Part shown: positions 1-10,089 of the stretch, one piece after another | Position numbering within the stretch: position 1 is the stretch's first letter | Layout: the number at the start of each line of letters is the position of its first letter | Source: an uncultured Steroidobacter sp. | Lineage (GTDB): Bacteria > Pseudomonadota > Gammaproteobacteria > Steroidobacterales > Steroidobacteraceae | Direction of reading: 5' to 3' | Assembly: GCA_937958065.1 (NCBI GenBank) | Contig: CALFXI010000058.1 | Location: forward strand, 17,487 to 81,486 | Length of the DNA: 64,000 nucleotides | Translations under genes and position numbers: made by a program | Notes under the pieces: generated by a model | What the model was told of the DNA's origin: nothing | Database searches by the model: none | What the model saw: the letters and a program-made list of their open reading frames with translations, nothing else

Positions 1-86
1 TGCGACCATACGGTCAACGGCGCGAGCAGCAATGCCGCCCAGAGAATCACGTTCCGTCGCAGTGACCGCCACTTGCATGAATCCAT
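1..86 (-). CDS. 5' end of a secreted protein running off the left edge
   Basis: ATG at 86 (minus) preceded by AGGGGG; reads MDSCKWRSLRRNVILWAALLLAPLTVWS..., a signal-peptide-like start; divergent from GH43. Confidence 0.55.
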   Translation of the reverse strand, partial: MDSCKWRSLRRNVILWAALLLAPLTVWS

Positions 87-322
87 GTGTGCAACCCCCT
101 GTGAGATCGGCGGGGCGTGCACTTTGTTGACCGCGCCACGGCCACACCGATGCTGTTCGTTCCTTCGAGCGGCGCCACCGTGAACCGCATTGGCCATCGT
201 TGTCAACAGCGTTTTTCTCGGGCGCGCGTTGTCTCCCGGGCCATTTCGACGGCGCCGCGGGGACAGCGCCCGCCGGAATCGTTGTAGTTTTCCGGCGTTA
301 GCGGTCGCCCCCGGGACATTTG

Positions 323-336
323 TGATACCGCTACCA
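323..336. promoter_or_regulatory. xyl-box-like LacI/XylR operator
   Basis: TGATACCGCTACCA matches the Xanthomonas/Caulobacter XylR box TGKTAGCGCTAMCA at 12/14; weaker copy CGTTAGCGGTCGCC at 296-309; upstream of a GH43 gene. Confidence 0.55.
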
Positions 337-394
337 GTCCGCGCGAAATGGTGCTACCTTTCGGCGCCGAACCGCACTCGATCAGGGGGAACCG

Positions 395-1498
395 ATGAAT
401 CGTCCGCAGCTGCACCTGTTTGCATGCACCGCGCTGGTCCTGCTCGCCGCATGCTCGTCCAAAGATCAGCCCGCCCCCGCTGGCGCCGATCAGCAAGCCG
501 CGGCCAAGCAGACGCGCCGCTATCTCTCGCAACCGCTCGTCTCCGAGATCTATACGGCCGATCCTTCGGCGCACATCTGGGACGGCAAGATTTATGTCTA
601 TCCGAGTCACGACATCGACGGCACCACGCCCGAGGATGATCTGGGCGCGCACTTCGAGATGCGCGACTATCGCGTCCTGAGCATGGACAGGATCGGCGGA
701 CCGGTCACGATACATCCGGTGGCGCTCGATGTGAGTCAGGTGCCCTGGGCCGAGAAGCAGATGTGGGCGCCGGATGCCGCACGCAAGAACGACACGTATT
801 TCCTGTACTTCCCCGCCAAGGACAAACAAGGCGCGTTCCGTATCGGCGTCGCGACGTCCAAGTCGCCGACCGGCCCGTTCGAGCCGCGACCCGAGCCGAT
901 CAAGGGCAGCTACTCGATCGATCCGGCAGTGTTCACCGATAGCGACGGCCGCACCTACATGTACTTCGGCGGCATCTGGGGCGGTCAGCTGCAACGGAAC
1001 ATCACCGGCACCTACGATCCGAACGGTTCCAAGACCGATCTGCAGGCGGACGACCAGCCGGCGCTGACCGCGAAGGTCGCGATGCTGACCGACGACATGC
1101 TCGAGTTCGCCGAGACGCCGCGCGACGTGGTGGTCCTGGACGAGAATGGCAAGCCGCTGCTGGGCGGCGACCACGACCGCCGCTTCTTCGAAGCGTCCTG
1201 GATGCACAAGTACAACGGCAAGTACTACTTCAGCTACTCGACCGGCGACACGCACTACATCGTCTATGCGATCGGCGACTCGCCGTACGGGCCGTTCACG
1301 TACACCGGCCGCATCCTCGAGCCGGTGGAAGGCTGGACCACGCATCACTCGATCGTCGAGTGGGACGGCCGCTGGTGGCTGTTCTACGCGGATTCGCAGC
1401 TGTCCGGGCAGACGCGCCTGCGCAACGTGAAAGTCACCGAGCTGTTCTACAACCCGGACGGCACCATCAAGACCATCGATCCACTGGTGCGCTCGTAG
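395..1498 (+). CDS. GH43 beta-xylosidase/alpha-L-arabinofuranosidase, lipoprotein
   Basis: Lipobox LLAAC; GH43 motifs [34 protein letters not shown]. Confidence 0.93.
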   Translation: MNRPQLHLFACTALVLLAACSSKDQPAPAGADQQAAAKQTRRYLSQPLVSEIYTADPSAHIWDGKIYVYPSHDIDGTTPEDDLGAHFEMRDYRVLSMDRIGGPVTIHPVALDVSQVPWAEKQMWAPDAARKNDTYFLYFPAKDKQGAFRIGVATSKSPTGPFEPRPEPIKGSYSIDPAVFTDSDGRTYMYFGGIWGGQLQRNITGTYDPNGSKTDLQADDQPALTAKVAMLTDDMLEFAETPRDVVVLDENGKPLLGGDHDRRFFEASWMHKYNGKYYFSYSTGDTHYIVYAIGDSPYGPFTYTGRILEPVEGWTTHHSIVEWDGRWWLFYADSQLSGQTRLRNVKVTELFYNPDGTIKTIDPLVRS

Positions 1499-1507
1499 GG
1501 GATCTCC

Positions 1508-1558
1508 CCAGGCGCATCGCCTGGCACTCAGGCATCGGCTGAAATATGGCCGATGCCT
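1508..1558. repeat. Two tandem GC-rich hairpins after the GH43 gene
   Basis: CCAGGCG-CAT-CGCCTGG (1508-1524) and AGGCATCGGC-N9-GCCGATGCCT (1530-1558); no U-tract. Confidence 0.5.
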
Positions 1559-1622
1559 ATCAGGTCTGCGCAGCTGCTGCCGACAACACCGGACGTGTCT
1601 TCAGCAGCTGAACAAGAACGCC

Positions 1623-3266
1623 ATGAGAGTGAGTGGTCCGGTGAGCGATGCGGAATACGTGCTTCCAGATGGTGAGGTCATCATCACGCACACCGACCCG
1701 TCGAGCCGGATCACCTATGCCAACCCCGCGTTCCTGACCAGCAGCGAGTACTCGATTGAGGAGTGCCTGGGTCAGCCTCAGAACATCATTCGTCACCCCG
1801 ACATGCCCAAGGAAGCGTTCGCCGATCTGTGGCGCACCATCCGCGCGGGCAAGTCCTGGACCGGCCTGGTGAAGAATCGTCGCAAGCACGGCGGCTTCTA
1901 CTGGGTGCGAGCGAACGTCACGCCGATGATGGATCTGCAACGCGGCGAGATCGTCGGCTACATGTCGGTTCGCGTCAAACCGACGCGCGTCGAAATCCAG
2001 CAGGCGGAACAGGCTTACAAGGCCATCCGCGAAGGTCGCGCGGGCCGCCTGTGCATCCGCGAGGGCCGCATCTTCGACACTTCCTGGCGGGGCCGATTGC
2101 AACGGGCGTTGAAGCCTTCACTGCGCGTCGGCACATGGGCAGTCGTCGGATCGCTCAGTGCATTGCTGCTCACCATGGGCGTCGTCGGCGCCGCCACTGT
2201 CGGCTTCGGATGGATGACCAATCTGAGCTTCCTCGGTGCCGCCCTCGCCCTGGCCAACTTGCTCTACGTGCAGACGAACGTGGTTCAGCCGCTGCTGAAC
2301 CTGCATCGCGCGACGTTGCAATTGCTCGGCGGCAATACGCATGCACGAATTCCAGTGGCGGGCGCGTCGTGCATCGTCTCGGTCGCGGAAACGATCGAGC
2401 AGGTGCGAGTCAAGATGGATGGCGTGCTGAAAGACAACCTGGCGGCCGCGGCCAGCGTGCAATCCGGCGTGGTGGAGGTCGTGGAATCCAACACCGAGCT
2501 GTCCAATCGCACCGGCGAACATGCCGCCAACCTCGAGGAGACTGCCGCGTCGCTCGAACAGCTGACGGCGACTGTCACCCGCAATCGCGACAGCGCGCAG
2601 CAAGCCGCATCGCTGGCAACACAATCGTCCGAGGTGACAACGCGCGGTCGCGAGGTGGTGGGCCAGTTGTTCTCGACCATGAATGAAATCTCCGGCTCGT
2701 CCACCCGCATCGGAGAAATCGTCGGCATCATCGACGGCATCGCATTCCAGACCAATCTGCTGGCCCTCAACGCCGCCGTCGAAGCGGCACGCGCCGGCGA
2801 TCAAGGCCGCGGCTTCGCGGTCGTCGCTCAGGAAGTGCGCAGCCTCGCGCAGCGCTCGGCCTCTGCCGCGAAGGAAGTGAAGGATCTGATCGAGGCGTCG
2901 GTACAGACGGTCCATCGCGGCACCGAGCTCGCCAATCAGGCCGAGCAAGCCATGTCCAACGTCGTCGACTCCGTGCAGCACGTCACCAGCGTGATCAGAG
3001 AGATCGAAGCGGCCACGCTGGAGCAGGCGGCGGGCATCGAGCAGATCAACAAGGCCGTCACGGAGATGGACAATATCACTCAGCAGGATGCCCACATGGC
3101 GCAGCAGCTGATCGAGACTGCGCAGACGCTGCGCGAGCAATCCACGCAGATGTTTGCTGCGATCTCTGCCTTCTCGATGCAGCAAGCTCACGCGTCCCCT
3201 GCCGCGAGAGCGGAGCCAGCACACACGCACTTCGTCGAAGAGGAAAGAGAACGACGCGTGGCGTAA
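1623..3266 (+). CDS. aer: PAS-domain methyl-accepting chemotaxis protein (aerotaxis receptor Aer-like)
   Basis: N-terminal FAD-PAS ([37 protein letters not shown]), hydrophobic hairpin, MCP hairpin [30 protein letters not shown]. Confidence 0.9.
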   Translation: MRVSGPVSDAEYVLPDGEVIITHTDPSSRITYANPAFLTSSEYSIEECLGQPQNIIRHPDMPKEAFADLWRTIRAGKSWTGLVKNRRKHGGFYWVRANVTPMMDLQRGEIVGYMSVRVKPTRVEIQQAEQAYKAIREGRAGRLCIREGRIFDTSWRGRLQRALKPSLRVGTWAVVGSLSALLLTMGVVGAATVGFGWMTNLSFLGAALALANLLYVQTNVVQPLLNLHRATLQLLGGNTHARIPVAGASCIVSVAETIEQVRVKMDGVLKDNLAAAASVQSGVVEVVESNTELSNRTGEHAANLEETAASLEQLTATVTRNRDSAQQAASLATQSSEVTTRGREVVGQLFSTMNEISGSSTRIGEIVGIIDGIAFQTNLLALNAAVEAARAGDQGRGFAVVAQEVRSLAQRSASAAKEVKDLIEASVQTVHRGTELANQAEQAMSNVVDSVQHVTSVIREIEAATLEQAAGIEQINKAVTEMDNITQQDAHMAQQLIETAQTLREQSTQMFAAISAFSMQQAHASPAARAEPAHTHFVEEERERRVA

Positions 3267-3378
3267 ATAGCTCGGCGCCGCCCTTCCCCACCCGCGGCGC
3301 ATTCGATATCGTGATCACGGCTTCACTCTCTATGGATGACGTCGCCCATCCGCGACGTCCTGCCCCACGCCGCTCACG

Positions 3379-4419
3379 ATGGAGATACAGACAACGCTTG
3401 CAGAGCCCGAGCCGACCCCGACCGAGTCGCCACAAAAACTGACTCGCCTGGCGCGCTGGCTCGATCGCATGCCCTGGCTGATTCCCACGATCAGCTTCGT
3501 TTCCGGCATGGTCGGTTTCGTGATGGTCAAGCGCGGCGCGGATCTGGCTCGCGTGATCGCCATTGCGGCCCTGGCGGGTTGGTTGTGGTTGCTGATCGAG
3601 CCGCTGGTGCGCCGTTTTCTGGAGCGGCGCCGCTCGGGCATCGGCAAGTTCGTATCGAATTTCCTGACGCAGTCCCTGCAGCAGGAAGTGCTGTTCTTCT
3701 CTCTGCCCTTTCTGTTCGGCGCGCTACAACGCGACCTCGGTCAGATCGTCTTCATCTCGATCGCAGCGGCCGCCGCTGCGCTTACGGCACTCGACCCGCT
3801 CTACGAGCGCTGGATCGCCGCACGCGCCGCGACGCGCTTGCTCTTTCATGCCTACTGCAGCTTGATCGCGGCAGTTGTGGTCGTGCCGATGGTCGTGCAT
3901 CTGTCGCTCGAAGATGCATTGCCGCTGTCACTCGGTGCGGTCGGTGTATGGCTGTTGTTGACTGCACCGATGTCGCTGCGTTCGTTGCGCTCGCTGCGTC
4001 ACAAGCTGATCTGGGTCGCTTGCTCCACCCTGGCACCGTTGTTGGTGTGGCAGTTGCGCGCTCACGTGCCACCCGCCGGACTTGCAGTCACTCAAGCAGT
4101 CATCACCCAATCCATCGTGGACCGCACGCCCGGACCGGCCGTACGCGCGCTGACGAGAGCCGAGCTCAGTGCGGGTGTCGTCGCTTTCGCGGCCATTCGC
4201 GCGCCGAGCGGCGTCGCTCAAAACATCATCTTCGAATGGCGTCACGCGGGCGAGACCGAACGCATCAGCTCCGAAATCCAGGGCGGCAACGACAGCGGCT
4301 GGCGCACCTACTCCCGTAAACAGCTGTTCCCGGCCAATGCGCAGGGCCGCTGGATCGTGGATGTGAAAACCCCTCAAGGCCAGCTGCTCGAGCGCATGCG
4401 CTTCGTGGTGATGGACTGA
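3379..4419 (+). CDS. Membrane protein with C-terminal DUF2914-like domain
   Basis: About 7 hydrophobic segments, then AFAAIRAPSG...IFEWRH...GGNDSGWRTYSRK...GRWIVDV. Confidence 0.75.
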   Translation: MEIQTTLAEPEPTPTESPQKLTRLARWLDRMPWLIPTISFVSGMVGFVMVKRGADLARVIAIAALAGWLWLLIEPLVRRFLERRRSGIGKFVSNFLTQSLQQEVLFFSLPFLFGALQRDLGQIVFISIAAAAAALTALDPLYERWIAARAATRLLFHAYCSLIAAVVVVPMVVHLSLEDALPLSLGAVGVWLLLTAPMSLRSLRSLRHKLIWVACSTLAPLLVWQLRAHVPPAGLAVTQAVITQSIVDRTPGPAVRALTRAELSAGVVAFAAIRAPSGVAQNIIFEWRHAGETERISSEIQGGNDSGWRTYSRKQLFPANAQGRWIVDVKTPQGQLLERMRFVVMD

Positions 4420-5891
4420 CCCTGCTCCGCCTGCCGTCCGTAATTGAATGCAGCTCCCCAGCTGGAAGTCTCGGTAGCGAAGGTGCGTGTGCCGAATGTG
4501 AGATAGTCGCCGGCCGACGAGAGCGCAAGCGAGTTCGCAAACCCAGCGGCGATGGGAACAGCCGCGGGCGATTCGAACACGGCGGTTTGCTGCCATTGAT
4601 TCTGGCGCTGATCGAACGCGACCACATAGGGATGGCCGTAAGCGCCATCATCACGGTCGGCGAACGCAACCAGCGATCCGCCTGCTCCACTCAGCGTCAC
4701 GCGCGTTCCGAACGAGCGACGCTCCGGCAGCGCTGGCGTGAGCACGGTGCTGGTGGGCAGCCACTGGTTCGCCGATCGTCCATACATTCTGATGACACCC
4801 GTCGTCCCGTCCGCCGCGGCGGCATAGGGCGAGCCGATGGCAAGCATGCTTCCGTCCGCGCTCAAGTCGAAACCTTCGCTCTGTCCCTCGGGTTCGTACG
4901 CCGTGCCACCCAGGTGCGGCTCGCTCGCCGAACCTGCGAACTCGGCGGCAACATTCCAGCTGTCGCCCTCGTTCTGAAACACATAGAGCGTGTTGGCCCG
5001 ATTCGGCCAGCCGCCCAGATCAAAATCTTCCGTATCGGGATTCTGCTCGGCCGCGAGCACCGCCAGCGCCCGCCCGTCTTCGCTCAGCCGGACACCCCAA
5101 CCGAACCAATCATTGCTCTGCGGTGCCGGAGCCGTCAGCGCCTGCTGCTCGGTCCATGCACCCGCCTGCTTGGTGAATACATACACCGCACCGGCGGCTG
5201 ACTGCGTCCCGCCGCCAACATCCACCGCTTCATACGGCGCACCCACCGCAACCACATCGCCAGCCGAGCTGATTTCCACTGCTCGTCCGAACGATGAGGA
5301 ATCCTGCGCACGACTGGCTCGCAACATGCTCTCTTGCGTCCAGGCGCCATTGCTACGAATGTAAACGAATGCCGAGCCTGGCCCTGCATCCTGGCTTGGC
5401 GCGTCGTAACCTTCATATTGCGAGCCGACCACGAGGACGTCGCCTGCCATGTTGAGCGCCACGTCCGAACCGAACGAGTCATATCCTCGCGCCGCCGGCG
5501 GCTCGAGCTTGGCTTCCAGCTGCCAACTGCCACTGACGCGTCGATACACATACACCGCGCCCGAGCCGTACCACGGCCACTCGCTGCCGCCGAAATACCA
5601 AACATCGGCGACCGCCAGCGTCTGACCGTCGCCACTTAGCGCCACCTGGCCGCCGTATTGCTGATTCTTGGCCTGGTTCGTCGGCTCGTGATACTCGTAT
5701 TCGGAAGTGATGATCTCGGGTGTGGTACTCCACGTTTGCAGAGCCGTCTTGAGGTGCGCGCCGCGATTCGCCTTCGGCACCGGCCTCGCAAGCGGGGCGG
5801 CCGATGCGGCCCCCGCGACCATTGTCAGAGCAACGAGACTCGCCAGCGCAATACCTGTGTTGGAAATGTGCACGATGATCCTCTTCCCCAT
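4374..5891 (-). CDS. Secreted FG-GAP (integrin alpha-like) beta-propeller protein
   Basis: Signal peptide; repeats YGGQVALSGDG, FGSDVALNMAGD, FGRAVEISSAGD..VGAP, FGWGVRLSEDG, FGTRVTLS, FANSLALS with GAVYVY/F strands. Confidence 0.85.
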   Translation of the reverse strand: MGKRIIVHISNTGIALASLVALTMVAGAASAAPLARPVPKANRGAHLKTALQTWSTTPEIITSEYEYHEPTNQAKNQQYGGQVALSGDGQTLAVADVWYFGGSEWPWYGSGAVYVYRRVSGSWQLEAKLEPPAARGYDSFGSDVALNMAGDVLVVGSQYEGYDAPSQDAGPGSAFVYIRSNGAWTQESMLRASRAQDSSSFGRAVEISSAGDVVAVGAPYEAVDVGGGTQSAAGAVYVFTKQAGAWTEQQALTAPAPQSNDWFGWGVRLSEDGRALAVLAAEQNPDTEDFDLGGWPNRANTLYVFQNEGDSWNVAAEFAGSASEPHLGGTAYEPEGQSEGFDLSADGSMLAIGSPYAAAADGTTGVIRMYGRSANQWLPTSTVLTPALPERRSFGTRVTLSGAGGSLVAFADRDDGAYGHPYVVAFDQRQNQWQQTAVFESPAAVPIAAGFANSLALSSAGDYLTFGTRTFATETSSWGAAFNYGRQAEQGQSITTKRMRSSSWP

Positions 5892-6365
5892 GGTCGTCTA
5901 AGTATTGGCTGGCGCTCATGCCCGCAGCCTTTGTAATGTTTGACCATGGTTGCGAGTTCCTCGGCACCGCTGGCGATGGGTCAGCGTCTGGAGTCGTGCT
6001 GCGCAGACGCCTGATCGCACACGTGCGTGACGTCCGGCACCGGCCCATTGCAGGGTTCAACGTTGTGATGCCAGCCACCACGCGGCGTTTCGATCTGGGT
6101 GCGCAGGAGTGGCACCTCCTGGGTGAAGGAGCCGTTCGCCCCGCCCGGTTCGAGCCCGAGGCCGCGAAACGTCTAGACCAGATCGTCGATGGTCCCGGTC
6201 TCGCCTTCGGTTCCAGGGGCCGCCTGGCTTGCCGATGCTGCCGCCGGTTCGATTTCGGTCACCGGGGGTGACAAATCATGATGTGATGCCAAACGGGTAT
6301 TTTAACTCGCGGGTATACACCGCTACCTTGGCGCCCCCAAAATTTACAGGCTCCAAGGTCCCTCC

Positions 6366-9014
6366 ATGCGTCGATTCACTCCACTGTCCGCTGCGCTCAC
6401 GGCCATTCTCGGCGGCGTGGTGAGCGGTGAAGCCGTCTCCCAAACACAAAATACCGCGAGCGACGAGACTCTGGCCACCATCGTCGTGACCGGCTCGAAC
6501 ATCAAGCGCGCCGCCACCGACGCGCCGAATCCGGTGCAGATCATCGGTCGCGAGGAACTGGAAACATCGGCGAAAGTGACCGTGGCGGACGTGCTTCGTT
6601 CGGTCTCCGCGAACACTGGCAACGCCACCAACGAAACCAGCAACAGCGGCTGGGCGGCGGGCGCGGCGGGTATCGGCCTGCGCGGCTTGTCGCAGAAGAA
6701 CACGCTGGTGCTGCTCAATGGACGGCGGCTGGCCAATTACGGCTTTCCTTCGAATGGCCTCTCCGACACGTTCGTCAATCTCAATGCGCTGCCCATGGTG
6801 GCGGTCGAACGCATCGACGTGCTCAAGGACGGCGCTTCCGCCGTGTATGGCTCCGATGCCGTCGCGGGCGTGGTCAACATCATCACCCGGCAGAACTTCC
6901 AGGGATTCGAAGCCGGCGGCAGCTTCGGCACGACCGACGAGGGCGGCCTCGACACCAAGCGCGCCCGCTTCCTCGGCGGCATCGGCGATAAGCACAGCGA
7001 CGGCTACAACGTGCTGTTCAGCTTCGAAGCCTACGATCGCGACCGCCTGGATCAGGACCAGCGCGACCTCACCCGCTCCGGCATCTACACCGATCTGCCT
7101 GGCGGCCGCTGGAATGGCTGGACCGCCAAGGGCGCCCGCTTCCTGGTGAACGGCGTTTCCGTGCCGCTGCTCGACGCGCAGGGCAACTGCCCCGAGGGCA
7201 TGCAATTGACCGCGAGCGCGCCCATCGATGGCTTGCCGGGCAACACTTGCGCGATCAACCTCGCGCCCTACACCACCTTGATCCCGTCGACTGAGCGCTA
7301 TCAGGGCTACATCAACGCCACGCTGCGGATCAACGACAACGTCGAGGCGTTCGGCGATGTGATCTACAGCCACATTCGCGGCGCTTCGATCTTCGGCTCG
7401 AGCCCGTACTTCACGCTGGAAGGCGGCCGGTTCGCGCTCAACGCCGAGACCGGACTCGCCGAAGCGGTGCCGGCCGTGCTGCCCGCCGGCAATCCCTACA
7501 ATCCTTACGGCGTCAACACACAGATCGAATACACGTTCTTCGACCTCGGCCAGTCCGTGAAGACGAACCGCTCGGACGCGTACCGGGTGGTCGCGGGCTT
7601 GCGCGGTAGCGTCGATCGTTGGGATTGGGAAGCTTCCGCCTTCACCGCGCGCAGTAAAGAGGAAGAGACGGTTTCCGGCGGTTTCGCGAACCGTTGGGGC
7701 CTGTTCGAGGCACTCGCCAACGGCACCTACAACCTGCACGATCCCGCGAGCACGCCGCAATCCGTCATCGATTCGATCCGCTTGCGCACGCTGCGTCCGG
7801 CGGACTCGCGCTTGAACGGCGCGGATTTCAAGATCACTGGCGACCTGTTCGACTTGCCGGCGGGATCGGTTGGATTCGCGGCAGGTGTGGAGTGGCGCGA
7901 GGAAGAGATCGTTTCACGCAATCCGTGGCAGATCGATGCCGGCCTGCAAATCCGTCCTGCCATCGCAGAAGTGGATGGCAAGCGCAACGTCACCGCGGGC
8001 TACGCGGAACTGAATATTCCTGTGCTCTCGACCCTGGAGTTGCAACTGGCCGGCCGCGGCGATCATTACAGCGACTTCGGCAGCGCGTTCTCGCCGAAGG
8101 CGAGCTTGCGTTGGCAGCCTCTGGACGTGTTGGCAGTGCGTGGCGCGGCTTCGCGCGGCTTCCGGGCCCCTTCGCTGTCGGAGAACTCGGCCAGCACCAA
8201 CATCTCCTATGGCTCGGTGGTCGATCCCTACGATCCGGATGTGCCCGGCTCGCGCCAGAATCCGACCAACTTCACGGTCGGCAACACCGATCTCGATCCG
8301 GAACGCACCCACAGCTACAACCTGGGCATCGTGCTGACGCCCTGGCGGGATACCAGCCTGAGCATCGACTGGTATCGCATCGAGCTGGACAACCTGATCG
8401 GCACCGACAACGTCCCGACGATCGTGCAGAACAATCGTCCCGAAGACGTGGTGCGCGACGCTCGCGGCAAGCTGCTGGCGGTTTACAACCGCTATCAGAA
8501 TCTCAGCGAGCTGACCACCTCCGGCATCGACGTGGAGCTGCGCCAGCGCTGGCTGACCGACAACGTCGGCGAGTTTGGCGTCACTGCCGTCTATACCCAC
8601 GTGCATGACTATCGCCGTCCGCAAACCACCGGGGGCCCGCTGGTCGACTATGCCGGCACCAACCTGGGCGCGTCCTTCTCGTTGCCGCGGAACAAGGCGA
8701 CGACGACGTTCGAATGGAACATCGCGAACGTGCGAACCTCGCTCACGTGGTATCACACCGGCAGCTATGCCCAGAAAGCCAGTGCCGCAGCCACGGCCGT
8801 GCAATCGCGCGTCGATGCTTACGAGCAGTTCGACCTCTATGCCGGCTGGACGTCCGCATCGGACAACCTGACCGTGTACACCAAGATCGAAAACCTGTTC
8901 GACGAGCTGCCTCCCTACGACGCGTCGTTTCCAGGCATTCGCGCCCCGTACGACTTTACGCAGTTCGACCTGCGCGGCCGGGCGTTCTTGATCGGGCTCG
9001 ACTACCGGCTCTGA
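6366..9014 (+). CDS. TonB-dependent receptor
   Basis: TonB box TIVVTGS; plug LRGL..NTLVLLNGRR, IDVLKDGASAVYGSDAVAGVVNII; C-terminal LRGRAFLIGLDYRL. Confidence 0.93.
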   Translation: MRRFTPLSAALTAILGGVVSGEAVSQTQNTASDETLATIVVTGSNIKRAATDAPNPVQIIGREELETSAKVTVADVLRSVSANTGNATNETSNSGWAAGAAGIGLRGLSQKNTLVLLNGRRLANYGFPSNGLSDTFVNLNALPMVAVERIDVLKDGASAVYGSDAVAGVVNIITRQNFQGFEAGGSFGTTDEGGLDTKRARFLGGIGDKHSDGYNVLFSFEAYDRDRLDQDQRDLTRSGIYTDLPGGRWNGWTAKGARFLVNGVSVPLLDAQGNCPEGMQLTASAPIDGLPGNTCAINLAPYTTLIPSTERYQGYINATLRINDNVEAFGDVIYSHIRGASIFGSSPYFTLEGGRFALNAETGLAEAVPAVLPAGNPYNPYGVNTQIEYTFFDLGQSVKTNRSDAYRVVAGLRGSVDRWDWEASAFTARSKEEETVSGGFANRWGLFEALANGTYNLHDPASTPQSVIDSIRLRTLRPADSRLNGADFKITGDLFDLPAGSVGFAAGVEWREEEIVSRNPWQIDAGLQIRPAIAEVDGKRNVTAGYAELNIPVLSTLELQLAGRGDHYSDFGSAFSPKASLRWQPLDVLAVRGAASRGFRAPSLSENSASTNISYGSVVDPYDPDVPGSRQNPTNFTVGNTDLDPERTHSYNLGIVLTPWRDTSLSIDWYRIELDNLIGTDNVPTIVQNNRPEDVVRDARGKLLAVYNRYQNLSELTTSGIDVELRQRWLTDNVGEFGVTAVYTHVHDYRRPQTTGGPLVDYAGTNLGASFSLPRNKATTTFEWNIANVRTSLTWYHTGSYAQKASAAATAVQSRVDAYEQFDLYAGWTSASDNLTVYTKIENLFDELPPYDASFPGIRAPYDFTQFDLRGRAFLIGLDYRL

Positions 9015-9024
9015 TCCGTTCGCA

Positions 9025-10089
9025 TCAGCGCACCCACAAGGTCGGCTTGGCACTGTTCGCAGTGACCGAGCCGATCCTGGACGCGTGCTCGAAACCATGG
9101 TGCTGGAACGTCGCCAGCACCTCCTGCACTGCCGACGGCGAGCACGACACCAGCAGTCCACCGCTGGTTTGCGGATCGGTGAGCAGCGCCTGATCTTCGG
9201 CCGCAAACGACGGCGGCAAGCTCACTTCGGCGCCATAACCGGACCAATTGCGGCCCGACGCGCCGGTCACAAAACCTTGCGACGCCAGTTCACGCACGCC
9301 GTTCAATAAAGGGACGGCTGGCCACTCGATCTCCAGGTCGCAGCGCGCACCTCGCGCCAACTCCAACGCATGGCCGGCAAGGCCGAACCCCGTCACGTCG
9401 GTGAGTGCATGGACCCCGGAAAGCGCGGCAAGCTCGGGCCCTGGAGTGTTCAACTGCGTCGTGGTCGTCATCATCCGCTGGTAACCTGCCGGATCGAGCG
9501 CTCCTTTCTTCAGAGCGGCAGACAACACCCCGACACCCAGCGGCTTGCCCAGCACCAGCGCGTCGCCTGGCTGCGCATCCGCATTTCGTTTGATACGGCC
9601 GGGATGAGCGAGCCCCATCACGACCAGGCCGTAGATCGGCTCGACCGAGTCGATGCTGTGCCCGCCCGCAATTGGAATGTTCGCGGCACGACACACCGAG
9701 GCGCCGCCTTCCAGAATTTGCCCGATCGTCGTGGGTGAGAGCACATTGATCGGCATGCCGACGAGCGCAAGCGCCATGATGGGTCGACCACCCATCGCAT
9801 AGACGTCGCTGATCGCATTGGTCGCAGCGATCCGGCCGAAGTCGAAAGGATCGTCGACGATGGGCATGAAGAAATCGGTGGTCGCGATCAGCGCCTGCTG
9901 GTCGTTGAGTCGATAAACCGCTGCGTCGTCGGATGTTTCCAGGCCGACCATCAGCTCGGTGGGCATCGGCAGCGCGGCCGTGCCTTTGAGAATCTGCGAC
10001 AGCAGCCCCGGCGCGATCTTGCAGCCACACCCCCCTCCATGTGACAACGAGCTGAGACGCGGCTCGACCGACTTTTCGGGTGGCTTCAT
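9025..10089 (-). CDS. selD: Selenide, water dikinase (selenophosphate synthetase), Cys form
   Basis: HGGGCGCKI, DDAAVY, TTDFFMPIVDDP, DVTGFGLAGH, DPQTSGGLL; ATGA overlap with selA stop. Confidence 0.97.
   Translation of the reverse strand: MKPPEKSVEPRLSSLSHGGGCGCKIAPGLLSQILKGTAALPMPTELMVGLETSDDAAVYRLNDQQALIATTDFFMPIVDDPFDFGRIAATNAISDVYAMGGRPIMALALVGMPINVLSPTTIGQILEGGASVCRAANIPIAGGHSIDSVEPIYGLVVMGLAHPGRIKRNADAQPGDALVLGKPLGVGVLSAALKKGALDPAGYQRMMTTTTQLNTPGPELAALSGVHALTDVTGFGLAGHALELARGARCDLEIEWPAVPLLNGVRELASQGFVTGASGRNWSGYGAEVSLPPSFAAEDQALLTDPQTSGGLLVSCSPSAVQEVLATFQHHGFEHASRIGSVTANSAKPTLWVR

Noticed and set aside
203-1348. Long antisense and alternative-frame ORFs throughout (e.g. 203-1348, 38895-40715, 46220-48301, 57377-58678)
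   Set aside because: They shadow well-supported genes, lack motifs, and are expected in high-GC DNA
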